This document shows, piece by piece, positions 32,469-44,648 of a stretch of 64,000 nt of DNA. This stretch comes from an uncultured Acidobacteriaceae bacterium (GTDB lineage Bacteria > Acidobacteriota > Terriglobia > Terriglobales > Acidobacteriaceae): the NCBI GenBank assembly GCA_963711525.1, contig CAVQEO010000046.1, forward strand, positions 316,500 through 380,499, in the 5' to 3' direction. Each line of letters starts with the position of its first letter. The first letter of the stretch is position 1. The translations under genes were made by a program, and so were the position numbers. The notes beneath the pieces are model-generated. The model had not been told where the DNA came from. It made no database searches and saw only the letters and a list, made by a program, of their open reading frames with translations.

Positions 32469-33158
32469 ATGAGCACAATCGCAGCCATCCCGCGGGACAA
32501 TCGGGCGCCCGGCTTCTGGGCCTCGACCGTCGGCAAGAAGATCGTAATGGCCGTCACGGGCATCATCCTCTTCGGATTCGTGATCGGACACCTGGCGGGC
32601 AATCTTCAGATCTTTGAAGGCCCGGCTAAGCTGAATGCCTATGGCGCCTTTCTGCACAGCATCGGAGAACTGCTCTGGCCGGTGCGCATCATCCTGCTGA
32701 TTTGCATCGCGCTGCACATCATTGCGACCGTGCAGTTGGCCCTCAGGAAGAAGCGCGCACGCCCCATCGGGTATTCACGCAAGCAAGCCATTGCCTCCTC
32801 CTACGCCTCGAGGACGATGTACTGGTCAGGCCCCATCGTGCTGGCCTTCATCATCTTCCACCTCCTTCACCTGACCGCCGGCTATATTCATCCCGGCGGC
32901 GCTTATATTGAGGGCGATGTCTACCACAACGTGGTCTCCGGCTTTCAGGTTTGGTGGGTCTCTCTCTCCTATATCGTCGCCATCAGCCTTTTGGGGCTGC
33001 ACCTGCGCCACGGCCTGTGGAGCATGTTTCAAAGCGTCGGCGTCCATCAGCCGAAGTACACTGCGGCTTTCAAGAAGGCGGCGTTGGTCATTGCGCTGTT
33101 GATCGTCCTCGGCTACATCTCCATTCCGATAAGCGTTTTACTGGGGTTGGTGAAATAG
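32469..33158 (+). CDS. sdhC: succinate dehydrogenase cytochrome b subunit (single-subunit b558 type)
   Basis: 229 aa with five hydrophobic helices carrying conserved His residues, directly upstream of sdhA. Confidence 0.85.
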   Translation: MSTIAAIPRDNRAPGFWASTVGKKIVMAVTGIILFGFVIGHLAGNLQIFEGPAKLNAYGAFLHSIGELLWPVRIILLICIALHIIATVQLALRKKRARPIGYSRKQAIASSYASRTMYWSGPIVLAFIIFHLLHLTAGYIHPGGAYIEGDVYHNVVSGFQVWWVSLSYIVAISLLGLHLRHGLWSMFQSVGVHQPKYTAAFKKAALVIALLIVLGYISIPISVLLGLVK

Positions 33159-35072
<1,914 letters not shown>

Positions 35073-35897
35073 ATGAAGGTAACGTTAAAAATCTGGCGCC
35101 AGAAGAATCGTAAGGAAGCGGGCAAGTTCGTCAGCTACCCGGTCGAGATTGAAAATGCGGAGATGTCGATGCTCGAGGTCATCGACGTGCTCAACGAGAG
35201 TCTGATTGAAAAGGGCGAAGAGCCGGTGGCTTTTGAGCACGACTGCCGCGAAGGCATTTGCGGCTCCTGCGGCTTTATGATCAATGGGGTTGCGCATGGT
35301 CCCATGCCGGCCACCACCGTCTGCCAGTTGACCATGCGCCACTTTAAAGACGGACAAGAGCTGGTCATCGAGCCCTGGCGGGCAGCCGCCTTTCCTCTGA
35401 TCAAGGATCTGGTGGTCGACCGCCGCTCCTTCGACCGCATCATCGCCTCTGGCGGCTACATCTCCGTCTCGACCGGGAACGCGACCGATGGCAACACCCA
35501 TCTGATCGGCAAAGATACCGCTGACCGCGCGATGGATGCCGCCGCCTGCATCGGCTGCGGAGCCTGCGTCGCCGCATGCCCCAATGCCTCCTCCGCGCTG
35601 TTTACGGGAGCCAAGATTGCCCATCTCAGCATCCTGCCCCAGGGCAAGCCCGAACGCGACCGCCGTGCCCTGGGCATGGTTGCGCAAATGAACGCCGAGC
35701 CCTTCGGCAGCTGCACCAATATCGGCGAGTGCACTGGCGTGTGCCCCAAAGAGATCCAACTGGAAGTGATCGCGGTGATGAACCGCGATTATCTGCGCGC
35801 CAGCATCAACCGCCGCGACGAACTTGGGACTACGATCCACCCCTTTACGGAATGGAGCACTGGGGCGAAGTTCAGCTCGACCACCGCCGAGGAGTAG
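35073..35897 (+). CDS. sdhB: succinate dehydrogenase iron-sulfur subunit
   Basis: Cys clusters [22 protein letters not shown] and [12 protein letters not shown]. Confidence 0.95.
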   Translation: MKVTLKIWRQKNRKEAGKFVSYPVEIENAEMSMLEVIDVLNESLIEKGEEPVAFEHDCREGICGSCGFMINGVAHGPMPATTVCQLTMRHFKDGQELVIEPWRAAAFPLIKDLVVDRRSFDRIIASGGYISVSTGNATDGNTHLIGKDTADRAMDAAACIGCGACVAACPNASSALFTGAKIAHLSILPQGKPERDRRALGMVAQMNAEPFGSCTNIGECTGVCPKEIQLEVIAVMNRDYLRASINRRDELGTTIHPFTEWSTGAKFSSTTAEE

Positions 35898-35938
35898 TGG
35901 GATCCCCAGGAAATGGCTTACACTAGGCGCGGCTCCCA

Positions 35939-37222
35939 ATGAAGATTTCGCGCGCCCTTATTCTGTTCGCCGCCACGCTCTCGCTCGCAGCGCAAACCAC
36001 CTCGAAGACCCCCGCCGTGACCAAAAAGACAGATCCGCTCGCCGTACACAAATCCGCCATCGTGATTGATACCCACGCCGACACTACGCAGCGCATGCTC
36101 GACGAGGGTTACGACCTAAGCGAACCGCTCAAGGGCGGCTACCTCAACTTTGAGTCTGCGCGCGAAGGCAATCTGGGAGCTGAGTTCTTCTCCATCTGGG
36201 TAGACCCGGCCGCCTATACGGGGCATGAAGCGCGGCGCACGCTGGAGTTGATCGACGCCGTCTACCAGCAGGCAGCCAAGCATCCGCAGCAGATGCGTAT
36301 GGCCTTTTCGCCCGAGGATATTATTGCCGCCCATCGCGAACACAAGCTGGCTGCGCTTATGGGGATTGAGGGTGGCCATTCCATCGAGAACAGCCTCGGC
36401 CTGCTGCGCGATTATTATCGCCTCGGCGTGCGTTACATGACGCTGACCTGGAGCAACTCCAATGGTTGGGCCGACTCCTCGGGAGACATCGACGACCCCA
36501 AGGTTCCCCATACCAAGGATGGCCTCAGTGACTTTGGCAAGGATGTGGTCTACGAGATGAACCGCCTGGGCATGATGGTGGATGTCTCGCACGTTTCAGA
36601 CAAGACCTTTTATCGCACGCTCATCATTAGCCGCGCTCCGGTGATCGCCTCCCACTCCTCGGCGCGTGCTTTGTGCGATTCGCCGCGCAATATGACTGAC
36701 GATATGCTGCGCGCCGTCGGCCAGTACGGCGGGGTGGTGATGGTTAACTTCTACTCCAGCTTTCTCTCGAACGACTATCGCCTGGCGGTCAAGGCGCAGG
36801 AACCCGCCATCAAACAGGCCGTCGCCGAGGCGAAAGCGAAGCTTCAGGCGGAAGGGAAGCCGGTTCCCAACGAGCTTGCCGACGATATTGCAAAGAGTTA
36901 CACGGCAAAGATTCCGCGGCCACCCCTCAGCGTGTTAATCGATCACATTGACCACATCGCCAAGATTGCCGGTATCGACCACGTGGGCCTGGGGTCAGAC
37001 TTTGACGGGATTCCGTCGAGCCCGGAGGGGATGGATTCCGCCGCCGACCTGCCCAAGATCACCCAGGCGCTGATGGCGCGCGGATACAGCGCAGAGGATA
37101 TGCATAAGATCCTGGGAGGCAACTTTCTGCGGGTTTTTGCCAAGGTTCAGGAGGTTTCCAAGCAGCTCCAGGCCGAGAGCCGCCCGCGCATTAGCGAGAA
37201 ACAGCCCTTCGACAAGAAGTAG
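35939..37222 (+). CDS. membrane dipeptidase (peptidase M19), secreted
   Basis: Signal peptide, the VIDTHADT motif and HVSD/ASHSS motifs of renal-dipeptidase-type enzymes. Confidence 0.9.
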   Translation: MKISRALILFAATLSLAAQTTSKTPAVTKKTDPLAVHKSAIVIDTHADTTQRMLDEGYDLSEPLKGGYLNFESAREGNLGAEFFSIWVDPAAYTGHEARRTLELIDAVYQQAAKHPQQMRMAFSPEDIIAAHREHKLAALMGIEGGHSIENSLGLLRDYYRLGVRYMTLTWSNSNGWADSSGDIDDPKVPHTKDGLSDFGKDVVYEMNRLGMMVDVSHVSDKTFYRTLIISRAPVIASHSSARALCDSPRNMTDDMLRAVGQYGGVVMVNFYSSFLSNDYRLAVKAQEPAIKQAVAEAKAKLQAEGKPVPNELADDIAKSYTAKIPRPPLSVLIDHIDHIAKIAGIDHVGLGSDFDGIPSSPEGMDSAADLPKITQALMARGYSAEDMHKILGGNFLRVFAKVQEVSKQLQAESRPRISEKQPFDKK

Positions 37223-37242
37223 CTGCCGCCTGTAGTCTGGGA

Positions 37243-38025
37243 ATGGAACGATTAATGAAATTCCTATACCGTTACATAGTTTTGCTTCTCTTTTCGACCG
37301 TCTTCGCAATCGCTCAGCAGTCCACTCCGACGCAGACGCCTCCAGCCCAGACTCCTCCACCCCAGGCTCCTTCGAACGAGCTGCCGGATATGCCCACCAG
37401 CCAGGTTCCAGCGGTGGTGCAGCCCACTGGTCCTACGGCGGTGCTCGATACCAGCATGGGTCGCATTACCTGCAGGCTCTTTGACAAGCAGGCGCCGATT
37501 ACCGTCGCCAACTTTATTGGATTGGCCGAGGGGACCAAGCCATGGACGGATCCCGTAAGCAAGGAGAAGATGACCGGCAAGCCGTTTTATAACGGTACGA
37601 CGTTTCATCGCGTGATTCCCGAATTCATGATTCAGGGCGGCGATCCCACCGCTACCGGAACCGGGGACCCGGGATATATGTTCGAAGATGAATTTGACCC
37701 CAACCTTAATTTCGATGTGCCCGGACGTTTGGCGATGGCCAACTCCGGACCGCGCACCAACGGATCTCAATTCTTTATCACTGAGGTACCCACGACGCAT
37801 CTCGACCAGAAGCACACCATCTTTGGTCAGTGCGACCAGCCCAGCATCTCGGTAGTGTCGGCGATCGCGCGGGTGCCGCGCGACGCAGACGACAAGCCGC
37901 TGCAGCCGGTCACTCTCGTCAAGGTCACCATCGTGCAGGAGGGCCAGCCCTTACCGCCCGCCCCCACGGTGCCTGCCCCTGTAGCGCCTGCGAGCGCACC
38001 TGCGGCGCCCCCAAGTCCCAACTAA
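37243..38025 (+). CDS. cyclophilin-type peptidylprolyl isomerase, secreted, with Pro-rich flanks
   Basis: Signal peptide, P/T/Q-rich linker, [15 protein letters not shown] core and a P/A-rich C-terminal tail. Confidence 0.9.
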   Translation: MERLMKFLYRYIVLLLFSTVFAIAQQSTPTQTPPAQTPPPQAPSNELPDMPTSQVPAVVQPTGPTAVLDTSMGRITCRLFDKQAPITVANFIGLAEGTKPWTDPVSKEKMTGKPFYNGTTFHRVIPEFMIQGGDPTATGTGDPGYMFEDEFDPNLNFDVPGRLAMANSGPRTNGSQFFITEVPTTHLDQKHTIFGQCDQPSISVVSAIARVPRDADDKPLQPVTLVKVTIVQEGQPLPPAPTVPAPVAPASAPAAPPSPN

Positions 38026-38051
38026 AACTAAACCAACACCAGGAGTTCTTC

Positions 38052-38579
38052 ATGTCCCGTGATCCAGGAACCTATGCCATCTTCAGTACCAGTGAAGGTC
38101 AGATCGTCTGCCGCCTCTTCGAGAAGGACGCGCCTAAGACGGTAGAGAACTTTGTCGAGCTCGCCGAGGGCAAGCGGGAGTGGACGCACCCCGTCGGTGG
38201 TAAGAAGAGCAACAGCAAACTTTACGACGGCACGATTTTTCACCGCGTGATTCCTGACTTCATGATTCAGGGCGGCGATCCGGCAGGTAATGGCATGGGT
38301 GGTCCAGGGTATAAATTTGCAGACGAGACCAAGGGATCGCCTCACAGTCTCAACGCGAAGGGCAAGCTGGCCATGGCCAACGCCGGCCCCAATACCAATG
38401 GATCGCAGTTTTTTATCACCGTCGCGCCGACGCAATGGCTCACCGGCAAGCACACCGTCTTCGGCGAAGTTGTAGAAGGCTACGAGGTCGTGGAGAAGAT
38501 CTCCAAGGTGCCACGCAACTCTCAGGACAAGCCGAACAAGCCGGTCACAATTGAATCCGTAGTCATCGAACGCGTCTAA
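38052..38579 (+). CDS. cyclophilin-type peptidylprolyl isomerase, cytoplasmic
   Basis: ATG at 38052 ([11 protein letters not shown]). Contains [15 protein letters not shown] and [10 protein letters not shown]. Confidence 0.9.
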   Translation: MSRDPGTYAIFSTSEGQIVCRLFEKDAPKTVENFVELAEGKREWTHPVGGKKSNSKLYDGTIFHRVIPDFMIQGGDPAGNGMGGPGYKFADETKGSPHSLNAKGKLAMANAGPNTNGSQFFITVAPTQWLTGKHTVFGEVVEGYEVVEKISKVPRNSQDKPNKPVTIESVVIERV

Positions 38580-38603
38580 ACTTCAATCCGAGCCTCCACC
38601 GAT

Positions 38604-38778
38604 GGGTGCCCCATTCAAGCCGTATTTTGGCTTGAGTGGGATTCCACGGCTGTCCACCGTTCACTCTCCACTAGCAACAAGTCTTGATGTGTCCATGGTC
38701 TTCAACACCCTTTACACTCTGGGCGCCGAGCCTTGTGGAATCCCATTCAAGCCAAAATACGGCTTGAATGGGGCACCC
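38604..38778. mobile_element. 175-bp MITE-like element with 44-bp terminal inverted repeats
   Basis: Left arm 38604-38647 and right arm 38735-38778 are reverse complements with one mismatch. Each arm contains its own hairpin (CAAGCC-gtatttt-GGCTTG). No coding capacity and no obvious target-site duplication. Confidence 0.55.
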
Positions 38779-38786
38779 GTCCTTCG

Positions 38787-39806
38787 TTAGGGACCCAGCT
38801 CGATCGGCTCCAGTTTTCTGCCCACCAGGCGATGGGTCGGCGGTTTTGCATGTTGCTGCAGGTCTTTCCAGGCCCATTCGATTCCGTGCTGGAGCATTGC
38901 TGCCTCCGACTGCCAAAATGGCCCCGAACCGGCGCGTTGATAAAAGCCGAGGCATATCTGCAGGTGACGAAGAAAGCCGTGCATGTGTCGAGACGTGTAG
39001 TGTGCCAGCAGATCCTCCAGCGGCTCTCCCTTGCGTACTGCAGCAATGAGGGCCGTAGCAAGATAGGCTTGGCGCGCGGCATTGCCAGTACCCTCGCCGC
39101 AGAGGGGGTCGAACCCCATCGCCGCTGCGCCGCAGGCGAGCCAGCCGTCGCCGCAAAGGGATTTCGCAATACGCGGATACGCGGGAAACTCCGCCGCAGG
39201 CCCATCTAAGCCCCCAACCAAGCCGGCAATGATGCGGCTCTGGCTGAGAAGTGCGTCGGGCGTCTCACCGACGGCAATCAAAGCGGCCGCTTCGTTCTCT
39301 CCGCGAGGGAGCAAGAAGAGCCAGCCCGAGTCGACGGACTCGATCCAACAAGCACTTTGATCTACATCCCGCTTGAGCACCGCATGCGCCACCGAGGCTA
39401 CGCGAGTTCCGAAAGCCTGCTGCTCCAGGCCGCTCGCACCGCTCGATAAAACTCTCCATCCAGCCGCAGGAGATTGAGCCGGCGCCGGCAGCTGCGCCCA
39501 AAGACGAGTGAGCAGATCAATTTCGGAAATCACAAGTGCGGAGTGGGGAAGGGAGATTGGTTCCGCGGCCGGCCCCCATGCCACCACTCGCTTCTGAATG
39601 CGATGGCCAACCGAGACCAGATCCGTTGAGGGAAAGATCCCAGACAGCAACTCCACCGTCTGCCCACTGAGCAACACTGCGCCCAGCTTGGGCCGGGCTA
39701 TCCTCGAGGACGCCCAGTGCTGTCCACTCTCAGTGAACAGTTGCGCGCAGCAAGCCGCCGCGACACCGTCTCCTTCGATATGGACCTGCATCTCCATCGT
39801 TCTCAT
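38787..39806 (-). CDS. qhpG: QhpG-like FAD-dependent monooxygenase (CTQ biogenesis)
   Basis: Flavoprotein-monooxygenase/halogenase-like sequence with a degenerate N-terminal dinucleotide motif (IEGDGVAAACCAQLF), divergent from qhpA. The start is ambiguous: ATGs at 39806, 39797 and 39791, while the ORF track extends to 39902. Confidence 0.65.
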   Translation of the reverse strand: MRTMEMQVHIEGDGVAAACCAQLFTESGQHWASSRIARPKLGAVLLSGQTVELLSGIFPSTDLVSVGHRIQKRVVAWGPAAEPISLPHSALVISEIDLLTRLWAQLPAPAQSPAAGWRVLSSGASGLEQQAFGTRVASVAHAVLKRDVDQSACWIESVDSGWLFLLPRGENEAAALIAVGETPDALLSQSRIIAGLVGGLDGPAAEFPAYPRIAKSLCGDGWLACGAAAMGFDPLCGEGTGNAARQAYLATALIAAVRKGEPLEDLLAHYTSRHMHGFLRHLQICLGFYQRAGSGPFWQSEAAMLQHGIEWAWKDLQQHAKPPTHRLVGRKLEPIELGP

Positions 39807-39978
39807 TCTTCCATGAACTTCAAAAAGACTTGACACCGGAAGAAAACCGTCACACCATCGACACATACCGCATCGAATCTCCTCTTCCACGTCGAAGAAC
39901 ATTTCAATGATTGATTCATGGGCCTAAAAAACTTAAACGGCCCTTTCCTACCCTTTTTCAAACAGGGCTCGACGAGGA

Positions 39979-41736
39979 ATGGAATCGATGGATGTTCGCG
40001 TTCGCTTTAGGTGTGTCTGTTGGATGACGGCGCTGCCTCTCCTGCTTGCTTCTCTCTCCATCCCAGCACTTTCACAAAAGACAGCTTCAAGTCCCGAGGT
40101 AAAGGTCACTACGCCGGCGGACAGCCCGGACGCTGCCGGTTTCCCGGTGAAGGACTCGCTTACCTTGAGCAAGTGCGGCGCCTGCCATGCTCCCGACGCC
40201 AAGGGAAACATGACCCGCATCTCCTACATCAGGACCACGCCCGAAGGTTGGGAAGAGGCGATCAAGCGTATGGTGCGGCTGAACGGCCTGCAATTGTCGC
40301 CGGACGAAGCCCGCAGCATTCTTCGCTACCTGAGCGACCAGCACGGTCTGGCTCCCGAAGAAAATGCGAAGATTGCCTACTTCACCGAGCATCGCATCAT
40401 CGACGAAAAAATACCCAATCCTGATGTAGCGCATGCATGCGCCGCATGCCATGCTCTGGCCAAACCGCTCTCATGGCATAGGACCCCGGCGGACTGGCAA
40501 TATCTCGAGAACATGCACGTCGCATTCTTTCCGTCGGTGCGCTTCACCGCCTTCGATCATCCTCGCGATCGAGAGCCCGGCGCCGGTCCTGCCAAGGGTC
40601 CAACTCCCGCTGAGCAGGCGCTCGAGTACATCGCTAAGACCTCGCCGCTGCACACCACGGAATGGGCCGAGTGGCAGGCTTCCATGCAGGCTCCCAGGCT
40701 TGCGGGGCGCTGGCTCATCTCGGGAAATGAACCGGGCAAAGGCCCCTTCTTCGGCGAGATGACCATTGAACCCAGCGCCACGGGAGATTCCTTTACCACC
40801 AAGACAAAGGTGAATTGCGACGATGGGGATTCCGTGATGGCTTCCTCGGGGAAAGCCATCGTCTACACGGGATACAACTGGCGCGGACGATCGACAGTAG
40901 AGAAGGCCGGGACAGGACCGGAGGCGCCGCAAACCTTCCGCGAAGTGATGGCGCTCTCCAAGGATCAGAACGAATTCACCGGGCGCTGGTTCTGGGGTGA
41001 GTATTCGGAATTTGGCATGAATGTAACCATGCGTCGCGCGACTTCAGCTCCGATGCTGATCGGTGTCGATACGCCCTCGCTAAAGGCCGGCGCCACCGAC
41101 GCGACGATGCGTATCTACGGCGATGCCTTACCGGGGAACCTGATCGCGAGCGATGTGGATCTTGGCCCCGGAGTCAAGGTAACGAAAATTATCGACCAGC
41201 AACCAGGCATGGTTACGGTAAGCGCCAGCGTAAGCCCGGATGCGGTCCCTGGCACGCGTATGGTAACAGTGAAGAGTGCAACCCTTCCCGCCGCCTATGC
41301 GGTCTACGACCACATCGACTTCCTGAAAGTAACGCCAACCACATCGATAGCCCACCTGGGAAGCTCGCCGCACCCCAAAGGATACGTCCAGTTCGAGACC
41401 GTGGCCTTTAGCAACGGGCCTGACGGAAAGCCCAACACGGACGACGATATCAATCTAGGTCCGGTACCCGCTACCTACAAGATGGAGGAGTTTGTAGCCT
41501 CCTACGGGGATGATGATACGGAGTTTGTCGGGGCGGTCGATGAAAAGACCGGGCTCTTTACTCCGGCCTCCGACGGTCCTGATCCAAAACGCAAGTCGAT
41601 GCGCAACAACTACGGAGATGTTTGGATCACTGCGACCTACAAGGCCGACGGCGCTCCGCAATTAAAGGGGAGAAGTTACCTGGTGGTCGCCGTGCCGCAG
41701 TACATCTCCTGGGATCAGCCGGAGGTAGCACAGTGA
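39979..41736 (+). CDS. qhpA: quinohemoprotein amine dehydrogenase alpha subunit (dihaem c)
   Basis: 585 aa with a signal peptide, two CxxCH haem sites (CGACH, CAACH) within the first roughly 150 aa, and a QH-AmDH alpha-like multi-domain remainder. Confidence 0.9.
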   Translation: MESMDVRVRFRCVCWMTALPLLLASLSIPALSQKTASSPEVKVTTPADSPDAAGFPVKDSLTLSKCGACHAPDAKGNMTRISYIRTTPEGWEEAIKRMVRLNGLQLSPDEARSILRYLSDQHGLAPEENAKIAYFTEHRIIDEKIPNPDVAHACAACHALAKPLSWHRTPADWQYLENMHVAFFPSVRFTAFDHPRDREPGAGPAKGPTPAEQALEYIAKTSPLHTTEWAEWQASMQAPRLAGRWLISGNEPGKGPFFGEMTIEPSATGDSFTTKTKVNCDDGDSVMASSGKAIVYTGYNWRGRSTVEKAGTGPEAPQTFREVMALSKDQNEFTGRWFWGEYSEFGMNVTMRRATSAPMLIGVDTPSLKAGATDATMRIYGDALPGNLIASDVDLGPGVKVTKIIDQQPGMVTVSASVSPDAVPGTRMVTVKSATLPAAYAVYDHIDFLKVTPTTSIAHLGSSPHPKGYVQFETVAFSNGPDGKPNTDDDINLGPVPATYKMEEFVASYGDDDTEFVGAVDEKTGLFTPASDGPDPKRKSMRNNYGDVWITATYKADGAPQLKGRSYLVVAVPQYISWDQPEVAQ

Positions 41737-41738
41737 CG

Positions 41739-43163
41739 ATGTACTCATTAGGAGAGTTTCACCGGTTTGAAGGCGCGGGGCAGGAGTTTCTCTATCTCGT
41801 TCCCAGCGGTGGCATTGTTGCGCTGGACGGAATGACGACCGAGATTCTTGAGAGGCTGGATCATGCCCCGCTCAGCCGTGAAGATCTTGTGGCAGGACTG
41901 TGCGGCGATGGTTACCCATCGATCGAAGTAGAGGAGTGCATCGACGAACTGCGCGAGGTAAAGGCGATTCGGAACGGAGAAAAGGAGTACACAAAATCCG
42001 AGCCGCTGCCCGAGGCATTTCCCCTGCAGACGATCGTCCTGAACGTCACCAACCAGTGCAACCTCTCCTGCCAATACTGCTATGAGTTCGGTGAGGACAA
42101 GGTCGCGACCCCCGAGGGCAAACCGAAATTCATGGAATGGGAGACGGCGAAGAGTTCTGTCGAGTACCTTTTCGCTGAATCGCAGGGGAGAAAGAGCGTC
42201 CACATTACTTTCTTCGGCGGGGAAACTCTGATGAATTTTCCTCTGCTCAAACGCGTGGTTGAATACTCCCGGGCACGGGCTGAGGAGTTGCAGGTAAAGC
42301 TGGATTTTAGCCTCACCACCAACGCGACGCTGCTCACACCTGCCATCATCGAGTACCTGGCCCAGAATGCCATCGGGGTTACGGTGAGCATGGACGGGCC
42401 AAAAGAGATGCAGGACAAGTTTCGCGTTTTCGCTAACGGCCGCGGCAGTTACGACATCATCAAGCCCAAGGTGCAGAACCTTCTGGCGACGCATAAGACT
42501 CGACCCATTGCCGCCCGCGTCACCATGACCTCGGGCGCGATGGACGTGAGAAAGATCTATCAGCACCTGAAGCACGAGCTCGGTTTTTATGAAGTCGGCT
42601 TTGCGCCGGTGACCACTTCGCCAAACCGTCTTTACTCCATCAACGAGCCGGGAATGGATAGCGTTTTGGAGCAGTTCAGCGAGCTTGCGGATGAGTATCT
42701 TGAGTATGCGCTGCGGGGAGAGCATCACGGTTTTTCGAACGTAAGCGATACTCTTTCCGAACTGCACCAGGGGGTGAATAAATCTCTCCCTTGCGGCGCA
42801 GGGCTGGGCATGGTGGGTGTTGGCCCATCAGGGGATATCGCACCCTGCCACCGCTTTGTCGACTCCGACGAACATGTTCTTGGCAATGTGACCACGGGGA
42901 TGGATAGAGAAAAGCAGAACGCTTTCCTCAGCCGGGGAAACATTGATACCAAGTACGACTGCCACGAGTGCTGGGCGAGGCCCCTGTGTGCCGGCGGCTG
43001 TCATCACGAGGCATTCGTTCGCTATGGGGATACCGGCCATGCAAATCTCCACTATTGCGATTGGATCCGCACCTGGACCAATAAATGCCTCCAGGTATAC
43101 GGCGCCATCGCGGCACAGAATCCCTCGTTTCTCGATCATTTCACTGAAAGGAAGGCTTCATGA
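41739..43163 (+). CDS. qhpD: QhpD radical SAM/SPASM peptide maturase
   Basis: CNLSCQYC (CxxxCxxC) radical SAM cluster and C-terminal SPASM cysteines (CHECWARPLCAGGC). The start is the ATG at 41739 or the GTG at 41733 overlapping the qhpA stop. Confidence 0.9.
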   Translation: MYSLGEFHRFEGAGQEFLYLVPSGGIVALDGMTTEILERLDHAPLSREDLVAGLCGDGYPSIEVEECIDELREVKAIRNGEKEYTKSEPLPEAFPLQTIVLNVTNQCNLSCQYCYEFGEDKVATPEGKPKFMEWETAKSSVEYLFAESQGRKSVHITFFGGETLMNFPLLKRVVEYSRARAEELQVKLDFSLTTNATLLTPAIIEYLAQNAIGVTVSMDGPKEMQDKFRVFANGRGSYDIIKPKVQNLLATHKTRPIAARVTMTSGAMDVRKIYQHLKHELGFYEVGFAPVTTSPNRLYSINEPGMDSVLEQFSELADEYLEYALRGEHHGFSNVSDTLSELHQGVNKSLPCGAGLGMVGVGPSGDIAPCHRFVDSDEHVLGNVTTGMDREKQNAFLSRGNIDTKYDCHECWARPLCAGGCHHEAFVRYGDTGHANLHYCDWIRTWTNKCLQVYGAIAAQNPSFLDHFTERKAS

Positions 43164-43495
43164 AGCATCTCCGAGCCGTTAATCAAAAGGCGCAGCGTAT
43201 TGAGCGCCATGCGGAGGCGTTGAAGGAAGATATCGTTGCCTTGCAGGCTGCGGGCGCGCCGAAGGTCCACGTCCCGATGGGATGCACGATTATCTTTTCG
43301 CCCGGATGGGAGACCGACTCGGCCGGCGGTACGGCCGGGCTATGCCAGCCCGTGGAACGCGATATCTACGATTGCTATGCAACCTGCTTCTGGCCGGCTC
43401 AGGTTCCTGACCATCTCAATAACTCTCCCGACTGGACCAGCAAGTGCGCTTCAGCGACCAAAGATTGGCGCAACGTAGATATCGTATTTCCCTAG
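43160..43495 (+). CDS. qhpC: quinohemoprotein amine dehydrogenase gamma subunit precursor (CTQ-bearing, thioether-crosslinked peptide)
   Basis: 111 aa with a leader followed by GC-x8-E, LC-x5-D, DC-x5-W and C-x7-D. The core motif is CYATCFWPAQVPD. Confidence 0.9.
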   Translation: MKHLRAVNQKAQRIERHAEALKEDIVALQAAGAPKVHVPMGCTIIFSPGWETDSAGGTAGLCQPVERDIYDCYATCFWPAQVPDHLNNSPDWTSKCASATKDWRNVDIVFP

Positions 43496-43517
43496 CATCT
43501 TCACCTGGAGGAACTTC

Positions 43518-44639
43518 ATGCGCGCTGTTTTCGCCTTCTTGGGTGTCTCGCTCTGGGCCGCTGCGAGCTTTGCTGCGTCCGCCCCGCCTGCGGGTGCGGG
43601 CACTCAGCTGATGTACCTCGGAGTCTGGCCACACACCGTGCTGGTGATGGATTCGGTACAGGGAAAGATTCTGGATAAGATCGACCTTCCCACCGACATT
43701 GTAAGAAGCCTGCTCCTCTCGCCGGATAACAAGATACTGTATGCCTCGACGCTGAAGGACAACTCCATCGTTTCGATTGACCTTGCGACCCACAAGGTTC
43801 TCGACACCTTCCCTCTGAACACCGCCGACACCAACTATCGCGTGGCCGGCTTCGCCATCGATCCTACGGGGAAGTTCCTCTACTCGTTTGCTACGCCGGT
43901 GGTCAAGAAAATCGATCACTACGAAATCGATCCGCCGCAGATCATCGAGGTCAGTCTGGCAGCCCGCAAGATTACGCGGATCGTTCCTTATCCTAAAGAC
44001 GAGCCGCCACCCGCCGGTTATCGCAACACCATCCGGGTTTCTCCTGATGGCAAGCTGCTCTATCTGTTTCGCGACAGCGTTATGGTTTTCAACACCAGCG
44101 ATTTCAAGTTCGTCAAAAAGATCGAGCTCTCGAAACCAACCGACCCTTCGACCGACGGCTCATTTGCCGGGCTGGTCAATGATCCCAACGAACCGGCGGG
44201 CAAGGTTATCGGCATTTTCGATTCCTCCGATCCTTACGTACATCGCCGGATCTTCGGCATCGCGGAGGTCAATCTGGCTAACATGACCTACGATCTAACG
44301 CCGGTGGGCCCCGCCGCTGAAGAGATGGAACCGCTAATGCTTACGCCCGACAGAAAGCTGGGCTATACGGTTTCTGTGTATGGAAGCCAGGGCGACCGGG
44401 TTACGGAGTTTTGGGTCTTCGATATGAAGACCAAGAAGATCATTAACCGGCGGCAGTTCCTGGGCAGAACCCGTCTGGCCTTTGGCATGACTGCCGATGG
44501 CACTAAGCTGATGATCTATAACGCGGGCTTTGAAATCGAGCTCTACGACGCGAAGACGCTGGAGCTGGTGCACACTATCAACCTGGAAGGAGACACTACG
44601 TCGAACCTGATCGTGATGCCTCTTAAGGGGTCCGCATAG
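43518..44639 (+). CDS. qhpB: quinohemoprotein amine dehydrogenase beta subunit (beta-propeller)
   Basis: 373 aa with a signal peptide and repeated beta-strand blades, in the position expected after qhpC. Confidence 0.8.
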   Translation: MRAVFAFLGVSLWAAASFAASAPPAGAGTQLMYLGVWPHTVLVMDSVQGKILDKIDLPTDIVRSLLLSPDNKILYASTLKDNSIVSIDLATHKVLDTFPLNTADTNYRVAGFAIDPTGKFLYSFATPVVKKIDHYEIDPPQIIEVSLAARKITRIVPYPKDEPPPAGYRNTIRVSPDGKLLYLFRDSVMVFNTSDFKFVKKIELSKPTDPSTDGSFAGLVNDPNEPAGKVIGIFDSSDPYVHRRIFGIAEVNLANMTYDLTPVGPAAEEMEPLMLTPDRKLGYTVSVYGSQGDRVTEFWVFDMKTKKIINRRQFLGRTRLAFGMTADGTKLMIYNAGFEIELYDAKTLELVHTINLEGDTTSNLIVMPLKGSA

Positions 44640-44648
44640 AGTGAGTGG

